Positions 35,936 through 48,869 of a stretch of DNA of 64,000 nt are shown piece by piece. Below the pieces are notes generated by a model. It was not told the origin of the DNA, did no database searches, and saw only the letters and a list, made by a program, of their open reading frames with translations. Position 1 is the first letter of the stretch. The number at the start of each line of letters is the position of its first letter. The translations under genes were made by a program, and so were the position numbers. The DNA comes from Schmidtea polychroa (Eukaryota), in contig CM097887.1 of NCBI GenBank assembly GCA_044892525.1, positions 115,546,397 to 115,610,396 on the forward strand, given 5' to 3'.

Positions 35936-36407
35936 CAGGGATGGGGAACCTATTTATTTCCATAGGCCACATTGAAATTTGTCGCCCCCAAATATGGCTG
36001 CAGTCAAAAAGTATTTTAACATTAATCAATTTCATTTTAAATCTTTTGTTTATATACAGTTAGTAATTAAAACAAAGTTTATAATCATTCTCCAGATTTG
36101 AAAAATACAGGCGTACGAAATATTCTGGAAAATGTTTATTATTTCTGAATCAAAAATTGATGCAAATAAGTCATCATTTCACAAATGAGTGCTCAATAAT
36201 CTTATTTATTCGTCTACAAACGTTTTGTATTTATGGGTGTGAATGATTGACTTTTATATTTCGTTTTTGTAATCGGCGGGATGCATGTACAGTACAGTTC
36301 AGTAGTTACAAGTATTTTTATTTATAAATCCTCAAAATTCATGGATTTTGATATAAATTAAGATTCATTTCGAAAAAACTCCAGAGGCCGCAAGTTTCAC
36401 ACCCCTG
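35936..36407. mobile_element. Buster-type hAT MITE (472 bp)
   Basis: TIRs CAGGGATGGGGAAC / CAGGGGTGTGAAAC; TSD ATCTAGAC / ATCTAAAC (7/8). Confidence 0.85.
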
Positions 36408-38275
36408 ATCTAAACGATTTTGGTGAAATTCGATCACATAAATTGCCAGTCAATACAAAATTTTTGAATATTAATTAAAATAATATTCCATATAATGGTT
36501 AATAAATGGTCATATTTCTTCAAAAATAATTGGCCATTACTTTTATTATTTTTGACCACTAGTTTTAAAACCAGTAAAATGTTTTATTTTTTGAATCACC
36601 TTTGATCAGTTTTCGTTTTTTTGGTATTTATTATCACTATGAGAATATATTAAAAAATTCATTTTCTAAGCAACACAAATTTCCGACACTGCCTTTATCA
36701 ACTCTAAAAACCTCCTCATTTTGCAACAAAATATTTTCTATTTAGAAATTTTAAAGGAAAACAGCTTTACAGTAAAGCATTTTCAACCAATTAAAATGAA
36801 AATTATAATTATATTTGATAATGACATTAATAGAAAAAAAAATCTAAAAAATGAAATTTACAATCTGAAAATGTATTAAAATCATTGTCCTATACATACC
36901 AGGCCAATTCGATCTCGTGGCAAATAAAACAAACACGGGAAATGAATTAAAGTGTTTCGGAGAGAATAGCTAATCAATTTTTAAAAATAAATAAAAAACA
37001 ACTTTGATAAATAAGCTCATAAATACGACAAAACTAATACAATGAAAAATTCACTAAATAAAAATAGTAAAGCTTCTGTTGGTTGTTGTTTTTGTGTGAC
37101 TAGTTATCGATTTTATTCCGGTAGGTTTATTGTCGGTGCTGTCGAAAAAGAGGACCAATCATTGGTAAATGGCGCATTTTATCAGCCAATCTAAAAAACC
37201 CCATCATTAAAAACACTATTTGATGAATTGGTAAAAATGTGCAATTATCGATTTCTGTTGACAGAAAGTTACAGAGAGAAAATTGAACGAGAACATCCAA
37301 CTAAACATGCATACAAGACCGACAGACAAGCTAACAAATGTGTACAAATGATCAGATCATCATTATACATTATTCATTCATTCGGCAGGATATTTATTGC
37401 ATGCAACAACAAACTGCTTGCAGCTTCATATAAAGAATGCAATATTATTATATAAATATCTCACGAAAACTGACCTTGATATTACAAGCGAAATTTTATT
37501 TGTCAAAAGTCGATACATATTGTCTAGTTCAACCTGAAATAAATAATAAGCACCAACAGTCTTTGGAATGAGGTTTAAATAGCGCAATGCAATGATATTC
37601 ACCATCAAATATTTCAAGTGAGATTGGTTAATAATAAATTATTAGTTTAAGAACATAATTTAGACTAATTTAAGAAACGGCGGACAGGTGGAATTTTCAA
37701 ACTTTTTGGTTGCTTTGAATCCTTAAACCTCCACTAAATTAGAATATTAATAGTTTGATTGGTAATATTTCAAAATCCCTCATACAACCGGGAATTAGTG
37801 GGGATAGATCGGAATCAAAAAGAAAAATCGATCGATTTCTTAACAACTTTATTTGAGGTAGAAGAGAACGTTGAAAATAAAAAATGACAGATCAATATTG
37901 TCACAAGTCGAAAATTGAAAGATAAAAAGGAAAATATGTCAATATTGAAAAAGATTAAAACATTTCATTGAGAATCTTAATGAATGAAAAATGTATTGAT
38001 AAAATTTAAATGGTTCTTTTTAGTCTCTCTTGGCAGCTGAACATGTGAAACGGAAATACGTTATATATAACCCTTCAGAGCATGATTTTATGTAAAGATT
38101 TAATTAAAAAACTTTTAAAATATTTTTATATTTTCATAAAAGCTTAAAACCCATGTGGAAATGCAAAATCAAATTTTTTCCAAAAATTTATAAAAATATT
38201 ATGTTCAATTTTAAATACCACGCCGTCTTTAATTATTGATAAATCTTCTTTCTAAAATAAATTTTCTTTATTTTC

Positions 38276-38676
38276 NNNNNNNNNNNNNNNNNNNNNNNNN
38301 NNNNNNNNNNNNNNNNNNNNNNNNNNNNNNNNNNNNNNNNNNNNNNNNNNNNNNNNNNNNNNNNNNNNNNNNNNNNNNNNNNNNNNNNNNNNNNNNNNNN
38401 NNNNNNNNNNNNNNNNNNNNNNNNNNNNNNNNNNNNNNNNNNNNNNNNNNNNNNNNNNNNNNNNNNNNNNNNNNNNNNNNNNNNNNNNNNNNNNNNNNNN
38501 NNNNNNNNNNNNNNNNNNNNNNNNNNNNNNNNNNNNNNNNNNNNNNNNNNNNNNNNNNNNNNNNTATTATTATTATTAATATTTTTATTATTATTATTAT
38601 TATTAATAATATTTTTTTTATTATTTATTATAAATTATTATTATTTATTAAAAATTGTTATTATTAATATTATTAT

Positions 38677-38707
<31 letters not shown>

Positions 38708-39442
38708 ATTATTATTATTATTATTTTATTATAAATTATTATTATTATTCTTAATATTTTTATTATTATTTNNNNNNNNNNNNNNNNNNNNNNNNNNNNN
38801 NNNNNNNNNNNNNNNNNNNNNNNNNNNNNNNNNNNNNNNNNNNNNNNNNNNNNNNNNNNNNNNNNNNNNNNNNNNNNNNNNNNNNNNNNNNNNNNNNNNN
38901 NNNNNNNNNNNNNNNNNNNNNNNNNNNNNNNNNNNNNNNNNNNNNNNNNNNNNNNNNNNNNNNNNNNNNNNNNNNNNNNNNNNNNNNNNNNNNNNNNNNN
39001 NNNNNNNNNNNNNNNNNNNNNNNNNNNNNNNNNNNNNNNNNNNNNNNNNNNNNNNNNNNNNNNNNNNNNNNNNTATTATTATTATTAATATTTTTATTAT
39101 TATTATTAATAATATTTTTTTTATTATTTATTATAAATTATTATTANNNNNNNNNNNNNNNNNNNNNNNNNNNNNNNNNNNNNNNNNNNNNNNNNNNNNN
39201 NNNNNNNNNNNNNNNNNNNNNNNNNNNNNNNNNNNNNNNNNNNNNNNNNNNNNNNNNNNNNNNNNNNNNNNNNNNNNNNNNNNNNNNNNNNNNNNNNNNN
39301 NNNNNNNNNNNNNNNNNNNNNNNNNNNNNNNNNNNNNNNNNNNNNNNNNNNNNNNNNNNNNNNNNNNNNNNNNNNNNNNNNNNNNNNNNNNNNNNNNATT
39401 ATTATTTATTAAAAGTTGTTATTATTAATATTATTATTATTA

Positions 39443-39495
<53 letters not shown>
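38276..39495. repeat. (TTA)n microsatellite array with assembly gaps
   Basis: Imperfect TTA runs alternating with N blocks; the long ORFs here are artefacts. Confidence 0.95.
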
Positions 39496-39497
<2 letters not shown>

Positions 39498-41308
39498 CAA
39501 AAATATCCAAGAAGCATGAAAACTTATAATATTTATAGTATTAAACAGAAACAACTTTTCTTGAACGATCAATAAATATATAAAATAAAACAGTGTAGAA
39601 AATTTAAAACTAATAAATAAAATAATATAAACCTGATAAGTTTGATAGATTTTCGGTACACAGAATACGATAAGAGTCACTAGATTAAAAATGAAAATGA
39701 AAGTGGGACATGGATTAAATAGTAAGAAAACGGAACAATTATAGTTAATCGGTTCCTGTTACATAATAGATAATTGGAAACTTACCTAAAATGCATAAAG
39801 TCATAAAATTGAATTTAGCTCCGATATATGTCATAAAATATAGAAAAACACCCAACTGCAATTATAATTGGAAAAATTAAGTTTTAATTCATCAAATTCT
39901 ACCTTGAGAGATTCAAAATAATCTTCGATCAACAATAAACTTCGAATCTTTAAAACAAATGCATCAACTTTGGCTATAAATCCTTCTGTAAAGGCAGAAG
40001 ATTTGCTTTTATTCATTTTAATATCTTTATCCAAGTACAGCCTATTAATATTCACTCATTAAATGCTTACTATAGCTGTGGAAATTTATATAAAATACAC
40101 ATCTGCAATCAACGAAAATTTATGTGATTTTGATAAAAATTTTATATTTGTTGTTTGAATTTGCGATGTTAGATCGAAAGAAGAAATTTGATAAAATCTA
40201 CGGAAATTTCCTTCATTTTACGATCATTATCAATTTTCAATTTATCCAGTGACTTATTCAAGAGATTTCAAAATACTTTTGGTTGACACAGAATTAACTT
40301 CTTTACAGGATGATATATTAAATACCTAGTGCTAACAACTCGATATTCAGACAAGAAAGAAATTCATTTATTGGAGGAATTGTAATTTATAAATGAGTTT
40401 AAGAGACATTCATTTTATAGGACTCTCGAGTCAACTCAGATAGAACGCTATTGTTTTCTACTGAATCGTTTTTTCTACATTTTCTACATGCCGTTCTAAC
40501 ATTTTGGCCAGATTTTGACCTTTCGATTACGTTATTTGATTAATAATTCGAGAATCTCCAATTTATAGTTTATTTATTGAATAAAATTAAAGAGTTAGTT
40601 CCAGGGATGAATGATGGATAGGCCAATATTGATCGAGCAAGTCGTATTTTAATTATTAGGATTATTGAAAAAAGTGTAACTTTTAAGAAGAAATAATAAC
40701 TTCACTAGATTATTCCGAAGTCTTTTATAAGATGATCTATAAAAGCTGATGGTATAAAGGATTTTTGTCTGAAACACTATCTGAACAATTATATTATTCA
40801 TGTAATTAGAAGCCATTAAAGCTACAGAGAGCTTAAAATATCTCAATTTAATTTGAGATTTCCAATATATATTGAGCAAATTCTAATTATGAAAGATTTA
40901 TTAAGAAAATTTCGTTGAGCTATTTGGAGAATTAAAATAAGAAATATTAAACATTCTAAATTGCTTCTAATATAAATTATAAGCCTTTCCATTATTTTTC
41001 AGTTTATCAATAAAAAGATTTTCGAAGAAAAATATCTGTTTCACACATCTAATATGAAATATTTTTGTAAGATGACAAAATCTCAATAATTCTTCTTTAC
41101 AGTTGTTAAAATATTTTCTGAAAGTATGCGGTCACATAAAATAAATATCGCATTATCAAAAAAATTTTGTGTATTGATTTTTACATTTTTCCAAAAAAGT
41201 GTGTTGAGAATTTAATTTTAAAAATTTCTATTGAAACTACAAAAAATTATCTAAATCTATTCAAATCCTTTACACAGTCACCAATAGTAGTCAAATAGAA
41301 AAAATATT

Positions 41309-41750
41309 ATGACCTTAAATAAACTATATCGTTTAAACCTACTTTTTTGACCTTCAAATTACATTTTTTACTTTAACCTTAAAAATAACCTACTATTAAA
41401 ATTTTTTAGCTTAATATTTTTTTGTGGGATTGCCCTATATCTGACCTGCTCACATCCTACTACACTAAGCTTTTACGATTTTAATAATATAGTTTTTGAA
41501 AGCAAATAGGAAATCTATAAATATATTACATACTAAATCTGACCTTAAATAAACTATAGCTTTAAATAAATACACTATATAGTTTTAAAAAATATGACCT
41601 ACTTTTTTTTACCTTACTGGTTTACTTTTTAAAAAATCAAGCTTATTTTTTTCCTAGGGGAAGTTGACCTATATCTGACGAATTCACATTCTACTATTAC
41701 CAATCAATATTTTACGATTTTAATGGTACGGTTGTTGAAAGCCAAAAAGC
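41309..41750. repeat. Diverged tandem duplication (~230-bp unit)
   Basis: Repeated anchors TGACCTTAAATAAACTATA, CCTATATCTGAC and TTTTACGATTTTAAT...TTGAAAGC. Confidence 0.7.
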
Positions 41751-43119
41751 CTGACATCCTAACAAGGCTTTTAAGATTACTATTCTTAGTAAAAAGTAAT
41801 TATTGGATATATCCGACTCAGCTGTGAAGCTAAATATAAATCATTCGTTTTAACCAATAAAAAATGCCAAATTTGGAAAGAAAAAATTTTTACACTGGTA
41901 AAATCATTAATATTATTAACTATTTATCACATTTTTTTAATTGAATATATTTTATTTTTAGCATATCATAACAGGCTTGACTGTGGATCAATTAGAGAGT
42001 GAAAAATCAATATTTATATTATCATATCAAATATCTGCATACATTTTGCTGGCAGCTATTCTGAAACTGTAACAGCTACATGGCTAGTTCATGGACATGG
42101 ATTATTTTACTGTCAAAATAATTTATACAATTTTCTAGAAATCACATTTATAATATTTAGCAGTACATTAATTATGTTGACATTTTTCTCAAGAGATTTT
42201 TGGGTATTTATCAAGTCTAAAATTTGTGATTATCTTCAGGAATTTATTGATCTTTTAATTTTTCTTTATTTTAAAATTTTTTTATACTATCGATCGGAAT
42301 TTTGTTTTATATTCAACAAGTTTTTCCCCATAGCCTTGTTCAAGATTTATTGTCTTCGTTAAAAACAAAAAGCTAGTAAATTAATAATTTTATCAGAACT
42401 TTGTGAAAATGTGTTGTAAATAGAGTTTTTGTGATTGAATAGAGAATGAGGGAGACAGATTATAACTTTGTTTCTACCAAGACATAAAAATCTCAACCTT
42501 ATGTGCTTTGTAATTATTGTATTTATAGTCTTCAAGCTCTTTTTAATAAATATATTGGAAAAAAAGTTCTTATAATATTTGTAATTGTTTTTAAAAATCA
42601 ATAATTTTTCAAAATTTTCAATTTATTGTTTATAAATTTAAAAAAAAGATAATAACAATTTAAACTTTCGAAATGAACTGCAGAAATAATTTGAATTGGA
42701 ATGATATAGTCTTTGGATCATACAATCAAAATTATATGACCAAATTATTTGTAGAGTTTTGTTTAAATGCAAATTCCGGGAGCATTTTCCAATTTAACGC
42801 AAAAGATTGAATTGTGGAAAACTACTGGGAAGTTTTAAGTATTAAAAAAGAAGGCAAATGATGCTCGTGTTGCTATACATATTCAAAGGAAATTGAATAG
42901 AAACTTATATTATAGAAAGCCAAATGAAAGACAATGTTATTTCCAGGTTGAAAGATTGGTTGTCATTTAATTTATGATGAATATTACTGTACATAAGAGG
43001 TCCAGTTGAAACTATTTATGCGGAATGAGATGTGTTATGATTGGAACGAAATTAGTCATAAAAAGGAAGAAAATCGGAAAATAATGAAGATATCAGACAG
43101 TCCAAACATTTTTAGACCG

Positions 43120-43350
43120 GTTGGGTGACCAAGGGGATGGATCCTAAAGTGGAGTTCTTGTGGGCTTTTGGGTGGTGTCCAGTGGTAAGTCCATTGGTTG
43201 TCACTCAGAGATGGTCAATAAGATTTAGGACTTATCGCCTGGGACTCGAACAGCAAATCTAGGCAAACCGTGATGGTTGACAACTAGGGCAACCCTAACA
43301 AGTCGAATCAGCAAAAACCTAACGCTGATATTGGACAAAATAAGAAATAA
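43120..43350 (+). mobile_element. GC-rich structured island, probable 5' end of a non-LTR retrotransposon
   Basis: Several helices (see findings) followed by a decayed frame KSRQTVMVDN*GNPNKSNQQKPNADIG, which I recall from N-termini of microsporidian LINE ORFs (unverified). Confidence 0.45.
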
Positions 43351-45860
43351 AGTATTTGAAACAGATGACTCTTAAAAAATAGGGAACTATCACTGAGAAA
43401 AGTGAGGCGAAGCTATTGTGTCAAATTAGATAATGGGAAAGCAGAATTGATAACGTGATGGTTAAAATAATTTTTCTAACAGAATTTAAGTAAATGACGT
43501 AAATATGTAATATATTACATCACATTAGCTAAAGGTCAAATGTGAATGTATGTAAGTTGAATATATTGCTTTATAAGTTATAATTATTTTAGATACTCTT
43601 CGGCTAGATTAATATTGCTTGTAGCAAATATTATTGGTTAATACATGTTCTACTTTAACCCATGATACTCCAAAACGTGCCTACTTCTAGAATTCTCATT
43701 TCCAAAATATTAACTTACCTGTATTGTATTTACTACTATCAAATGCTTTTGTTTTTTCAGAGAAAATACTCAATTTTAGCCATGATGTACTCGAGTTAAT
43801 GGACACATCTAAAATAAAGTCACCAATTACCTTAGGTAAAAGTAATACAGGTTAGTCCAGTCCGTTTACAATGCAAAATATCAGCTTTTACTAGCCTCTA
43901 TTACTACTTTCTTCAAAAATGTAAACCATCCAATCAGTGTTCAGCTTTTATAGAATTGCAATTTTTACAATAAAATAATCAATTTCTTTTAATTAATTAA
44001 ATAAACTGTAATCAGTTAAATAATTTTTTAGAAAATCTGTATAATTAGAACTTATTGATTTTGAGTCCTATAACAATAAAGAAAACAATCGAAAATAATC
44101 AATTAATCAGTGATAATTAATAAATGCAAATTAACGTAATATATTTGTAATAGTCAAAAAATTTGTTCAGTGTAGGAAGTTTACCTATCCTTGGTAAACT
44201 ATTTCTTTTCTAAAACATTAAATGTCAACTAAATGTCAATGTAAATTGAATTTGTTAAATAAATATATTTATAATCATATTTAAAATATTCAGAAATGTA
44301 ATTGCTCGTATAAAATGTATTAAAAATAAGGTTTGGGCAATATTTTATCCTTCTCGCGATTTCCATCCTATCATAGTTACAAGTGACCCCGTTGAAAATA
44401 TGAATTCATTTTGAACGCATATGCAAAATTTTATTACGCTACATGAAAGTTTTCGAGAGAAACTTTCAACTTTAATGTATAGAATTTAAAGTAATTATTC
44501 CATTAAAATAAGAAAATCATAAATAAATTTGCATTTAATGTAAAATAAAAGATAATTATAATATTAGAATTATAAAGGTACAAAACTTTTGTAAATCAAA
44601 TATTTAATAACTTACTGAATAAAGTTATTGTCATTTTGTCCACTAAATTTCATATACATACGAAAACTTGTAGCGACAATTAAAAATGTTAATCCTGCAT
44701 AAGCCAAAACTGAAATTACTGAAAAGCATATTAAACTGATTTCTAAAGTCATACAGGATAACAAAATTGCTGCAGTTTTCAAAGGACTTCGCCAGAGTAT
44801 TATGTCTAGAACTTAAAATTTTACATTTATATTAATTCTAGATTAAATAAATAAAACAAAATTTTAACTTGAAATCAAAACCAACAAACCAAGGTAATAT
44901 TAAGCATTAGTATTAACAAATTTAATAAGTATTTATTGTAAATTTAAAATATTGATTTACTAGGATGATTAAAAATTTCAATCTGGTTTCCAAAATATTT
45001 TCTATCTATATAAATAATGAGATAATTAATTGTTCACTATTGTTAAAATTAAAAAAATTAACGAATTTCATATTAAAATTAATAGAAAAAATTATAGCTA
45101 CTTTTAAAATCTTGAGTCTCGTTTTCAACTGCTGATTGCTCTGTATCAGAAACTGACATTGTAAAATTGAACTTGTTCGATTAAAAAAAATAAGACCAAA
45201 GATTTTAGCAAAATGTAAGTATAATACAAAATTTAATTGCCACAGTAAAACAAATTGAGTTCAGGTTATTGTTTTTTATGAAAATAATAAAATTTGATAA
45301 GCAATAAAAGAATTCTAAAAATTCGGGATTAGAGTTTTGAGCAATATAAAAAGATAAAACGTGATATTAACTTTAAGGTCAATTTGGAATTATTTGAAAT
45401 CTATTTGGATAAAGGTGGCATTTTTTAATAAATAAATATTATAATTTAGTCTACGACTATAGAAACCATTGATTTATAGTGTTCAGATTGAAGCTGCTGA
45501 TTTATTTTTGGTAATATGGTAATATGAATACTAAATCTTGATTCAATGAAAACTTTACTAGACCTAAACTAGAACAATTTCAAGTGAAATCTATGTGGTG
45601 CATCCAAAAAGTATTTAAACTCGTCAAGAAATAATTTTGTTTTATAAAAATGGTAGTTATACTTAAATATGTAATGATAATGAAAAGTGTTTTAGTTTTT
45701 TACATTATCTTTCTTTGGAAAAGAAATTGTGCTATTTTTGAGAGGAATCGGAGTTAATGGAGCTCATAAATGTGTTGGTTACCTAGAAGGAAGAATTACA
45801 CCATCCCATATGCTCAGGCAAAAATGATCTAGATAACCTTCATGAGTTGACAATTATATC

Positions 45861-46004
45861 CCCTTGCGTATACCCGTGGCGATGTAACACGTTGGTATTG
45901 TATACGAAGGTCGGAGTCTACCAGCAGGTGAGCTCCTATGGTAAAACTACTCCCGGTAGAACTCGCGGTGTGGATTCCAGAGTGCCGTAGAAGGGCTTAC
46001 CTCG
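45861..46004. ncRNA. Conserved structured element, copy A
   Basis: CGTATAC-C-CGTG-(9 nt)-CACG-TTGGTATT-GTATACG; GCAGGTGAGCTCCTATGGTAAAACTACTCC; TAGAAGGGCTTAC. Confidence 0.75.
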
Positions 46005-46454
46005 CTTCTTTCTCTTTAAACCGGCGTCCTGGTCTAAGGGACGTCTCTCCAAAATAGAACCTACTCTATTTGAACGTTTCGCTCAATTTTTACCATAAAA
46101 TTCAGAAAACTAAATATAACGCAAGAATTTCTTTCTCAATACATTTAATTGTGCTATACAACACATACAACAATCATAACAGGTGTTTCCCTCTACAGAT
46201 TAACGGATAGGATGTCTTTGTACACTTTCTCCGGGATGCGAACGAAATTGAATATGTTGCTACATGTCGCCCTCGGCTAACAGGGGGACAATATCTAACT
46301 GTAGCCGGGAATCGCTTCGAATATTGGCTGTTTCGGTAGAAACTATCCGGAAATCATTTATCGGAATAGTTACGGTGGTCGTTGAGACTTTCTCTTTAGA
46401 AGATTGAGCAGCAAATAGGTATGCCCCAAGGGCAGCGATAGTATCGCATCGCTT

Positions 46455-47018
46455 TTAATTCATCTCAGCCTGTGAAGGACGTTTTCGTTTCTTGGTATAT
46501 GAGATAGAATGATCCGCATTAGGAATCGGTAGCAACGCACGAACAGTTTCTGCATGTGTCAAAGATATACTATTGGTCTTGTACGACCCGGATAGAATTG
46601 GGTCTACGAGCGGTGGAAAGTTACTCCCATGTCCGCTACAACTAGATTTTTTCGCTTGAGATTCTCCTTCCTGATGATGAACGGGGAACACATTGGTCCC
46701 ATCTTTTATAGGGTATTCCCGGACTCTTCGTTGTATTTCTTCTTCCGAATTCACCTTGTGTAGAGCCTCAGACTGGGCTTTGATTGTCAGCCGTTGACAT
46801 CGGCTTTCTTCTAGGAGACTGTCTCGACAGTGCTCCAGCCGCAGTATTTTTGTCCTCTCTTCTTTTATTTGTGGTGGGGAGAACCACGTACACTCATAAT
46901 ATTCGATTCGTTTTTTCAGAGCCCCTTTGTATTCTTGGAGTTTCTTAATATCTGTGTTTTTATCTGAGCAGGAAAAACATGGTCGAAGATCTTTAGACGG
47001 CCGACTTGGTTCACTCAT
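46455..47018 (-). CDS. Orphan coiled-coil protein with TWFSP motif (187 aa from the first ATG); frame stays open 65 codons past the TAA, to 46260
   Basis: ATG at 47018, 1 nt after a candidate 39-nt intron (47058-47020); heptad-rich segment; C-terminal KKRKRP; homologous to ORF 58609-59079. Confidence 0.65.
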   Translation of the reverse strand: MSEPSRPSKDLRPCFSCSDKNTDIKKLQEYKGALKKRIEYYECTWFSPPQIKEERTKILRLEHCRDSLLEESRCQRLTIKAQSEALHKVNSEEEIQRRVREYPIKDGTNVFPVHHQEGESQAKKSSCSGHGSNFPPLVDPILSGSYKTNSISLTHAETVRALLPIPNADHSISYTKKRKRPSQAEMN

Positions 47019-48869
47019 TCTAAAAGGGAATTCGTTATAAGAGATTTGATCGACATACCACAACACAATTAACTATTAACAAATTCGATTTAGTGCCCAC
47101 GCGCATTTCTCCATTTTCTACATTACCATATCCCTTACACCATTCGTCGACACATTTCCATTGTACCATAATTTATGCGGGTGAAGATTTGATCAATGTG
47201 TATATTTAAACATTTTCCCACCGTCGATTCCTATATTTGAAAAATATAATTAAAGGGAAATCTAAATTTAAGTTGCCGCAATAGAATGTTTAATTTAATT
47301 TTTTATGTAAGATTCAACATAAAACAAAATTAAATCAAATTTAATTTGAAAAATCCTGGATCTTTAATTAAAAATTTATCCGATGTACGGTAAATAAGAA
47401 TGTCGATTGCTCGTAATTTGTGTACTTTCCCGTATCGATCGCATGATCGTCGTTATGTCATTTGATTCAGATTCATCAACCGAATTTTTCGGCTTAATCG
47501 AGATAATATCGTTTTACTGCAGATTTTGCCTGACAGCGTTTAATGTCAATATTTACGTTAACTTGTATGTCTTTAAAGAAACCGATGGACGTTTCAACTG
47601 AAGTCAGTAAATCAGTGTATCACTGGATTTTGTTTATCTCATTCAATATCTATGCCTGTGAAAAATCAATCACTGTCATACACCTAATGAGCGGAGGTTT
47701 GTCAAGATCAAAATCAATCATCATCGATAATGGATAAATATTTTTCTTAATGAATTCATGATTGCAGAGATTTTATCGCAGCTCATAGTATAGTTCGGAT
47801 TTTCTATGACGTCGAATATGAATTTCTCACTGGAATTAAGCCTAGTCAGCTACTGGAAGATATTCAGATGATATAGTCCTTGGAATTATAGATCTCGACT
47901 ACTGGATACTTATTGGTTCGAAGGAAAGATGACAGAAAATTCTCCACGTACCGGTGCATGCTGAGTCTCAGAAACTTTGTCGCAAATGAAATTTTCTTCG
48001 AGTTCTTACTGAAGTATGGATGTTATAGCACGGAAAATACTGGAATTAAGTCAGCATTACGATCCTCCTGGTTTATTGAACAAACTAACGGTTTACTGCC
48101 ACTCGATGTGAACACTGGAATTTAGCAATTTGTTTCGTTTTCCTGACTTTATTATTGGCTCCTCCACCTGCCAGAACCCACCTAAACACCACCGGTATTG
48201 CTACCGACCGTCTCTAGATCGTGCTGACCGACAGATTTACCGCACTCAAATTTATCAAATCAATAAAAGAAAAGAAAATTTGTTTATGAAATATAAATGC
48301 TGTGGATTACTTTATTTAATCAAAAATGAATAAAATAAATTTTACCCGGCGACCATGTCCTTTGGAATCCGAGTACGAGGTCCTAGTATTGAACCGTTCA
48401 GTGGTGGTTTTCCAAGTATACCTCATAAACATTCTAAACCTGACACTCGTATTTTCTCATCATATCCATCTGAAGTCACTAATAAGTCGAAATCCATACT
48501 GTGGATAGGAAATTTTGCAAAATTATGTAGTTCCTCATACTCGGGGTTCCCAGACGGCATCGTCGCCGGTTCCATGAAGGCAAAGCATGATTCCGTATTG
48601 AAGAATTCATAATTTTATTATAGCATATATACAATATTACTCATTATTATTGGTGCATAAAATGTAAAAAGAAAATCAAACCAATACTTTTCGGTGGTTA
48701 ATAGCTGGATAGCTGAATGGATTTATCAAATCTCTTTTCCCTAATAGTTCGATAAGTAATCGACGTATAATCTCCAATAGTCCCTTAATCGATGTCGTTA
48801 ATAGATAATTCATGAATTCTCGTTGATTGCTCTGTTGTCGTTGGCTTACTCCGCGTTGTTAGGTTTCCC

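Noticed and set aside
38236-39428. 143-aa and 257-aa ORFs
   Set aside because: Artefacts of N gaps and (TTA)n.
43761-43836. Exon-like segment with TTTTTCAG acceptor and GTAAAA donor (KILNFSHDVLELMDTSKIKSPITL)
   Set aside because: No flanking exons could be joined into a gene.
45861-46004. Assignment of the three-copy motif to hairpin, twister or twister-sister ribozymes (AGAA, GUC and GCUCA substrings)
   Set aside because: The required helices and conserved loop positions do not line up.
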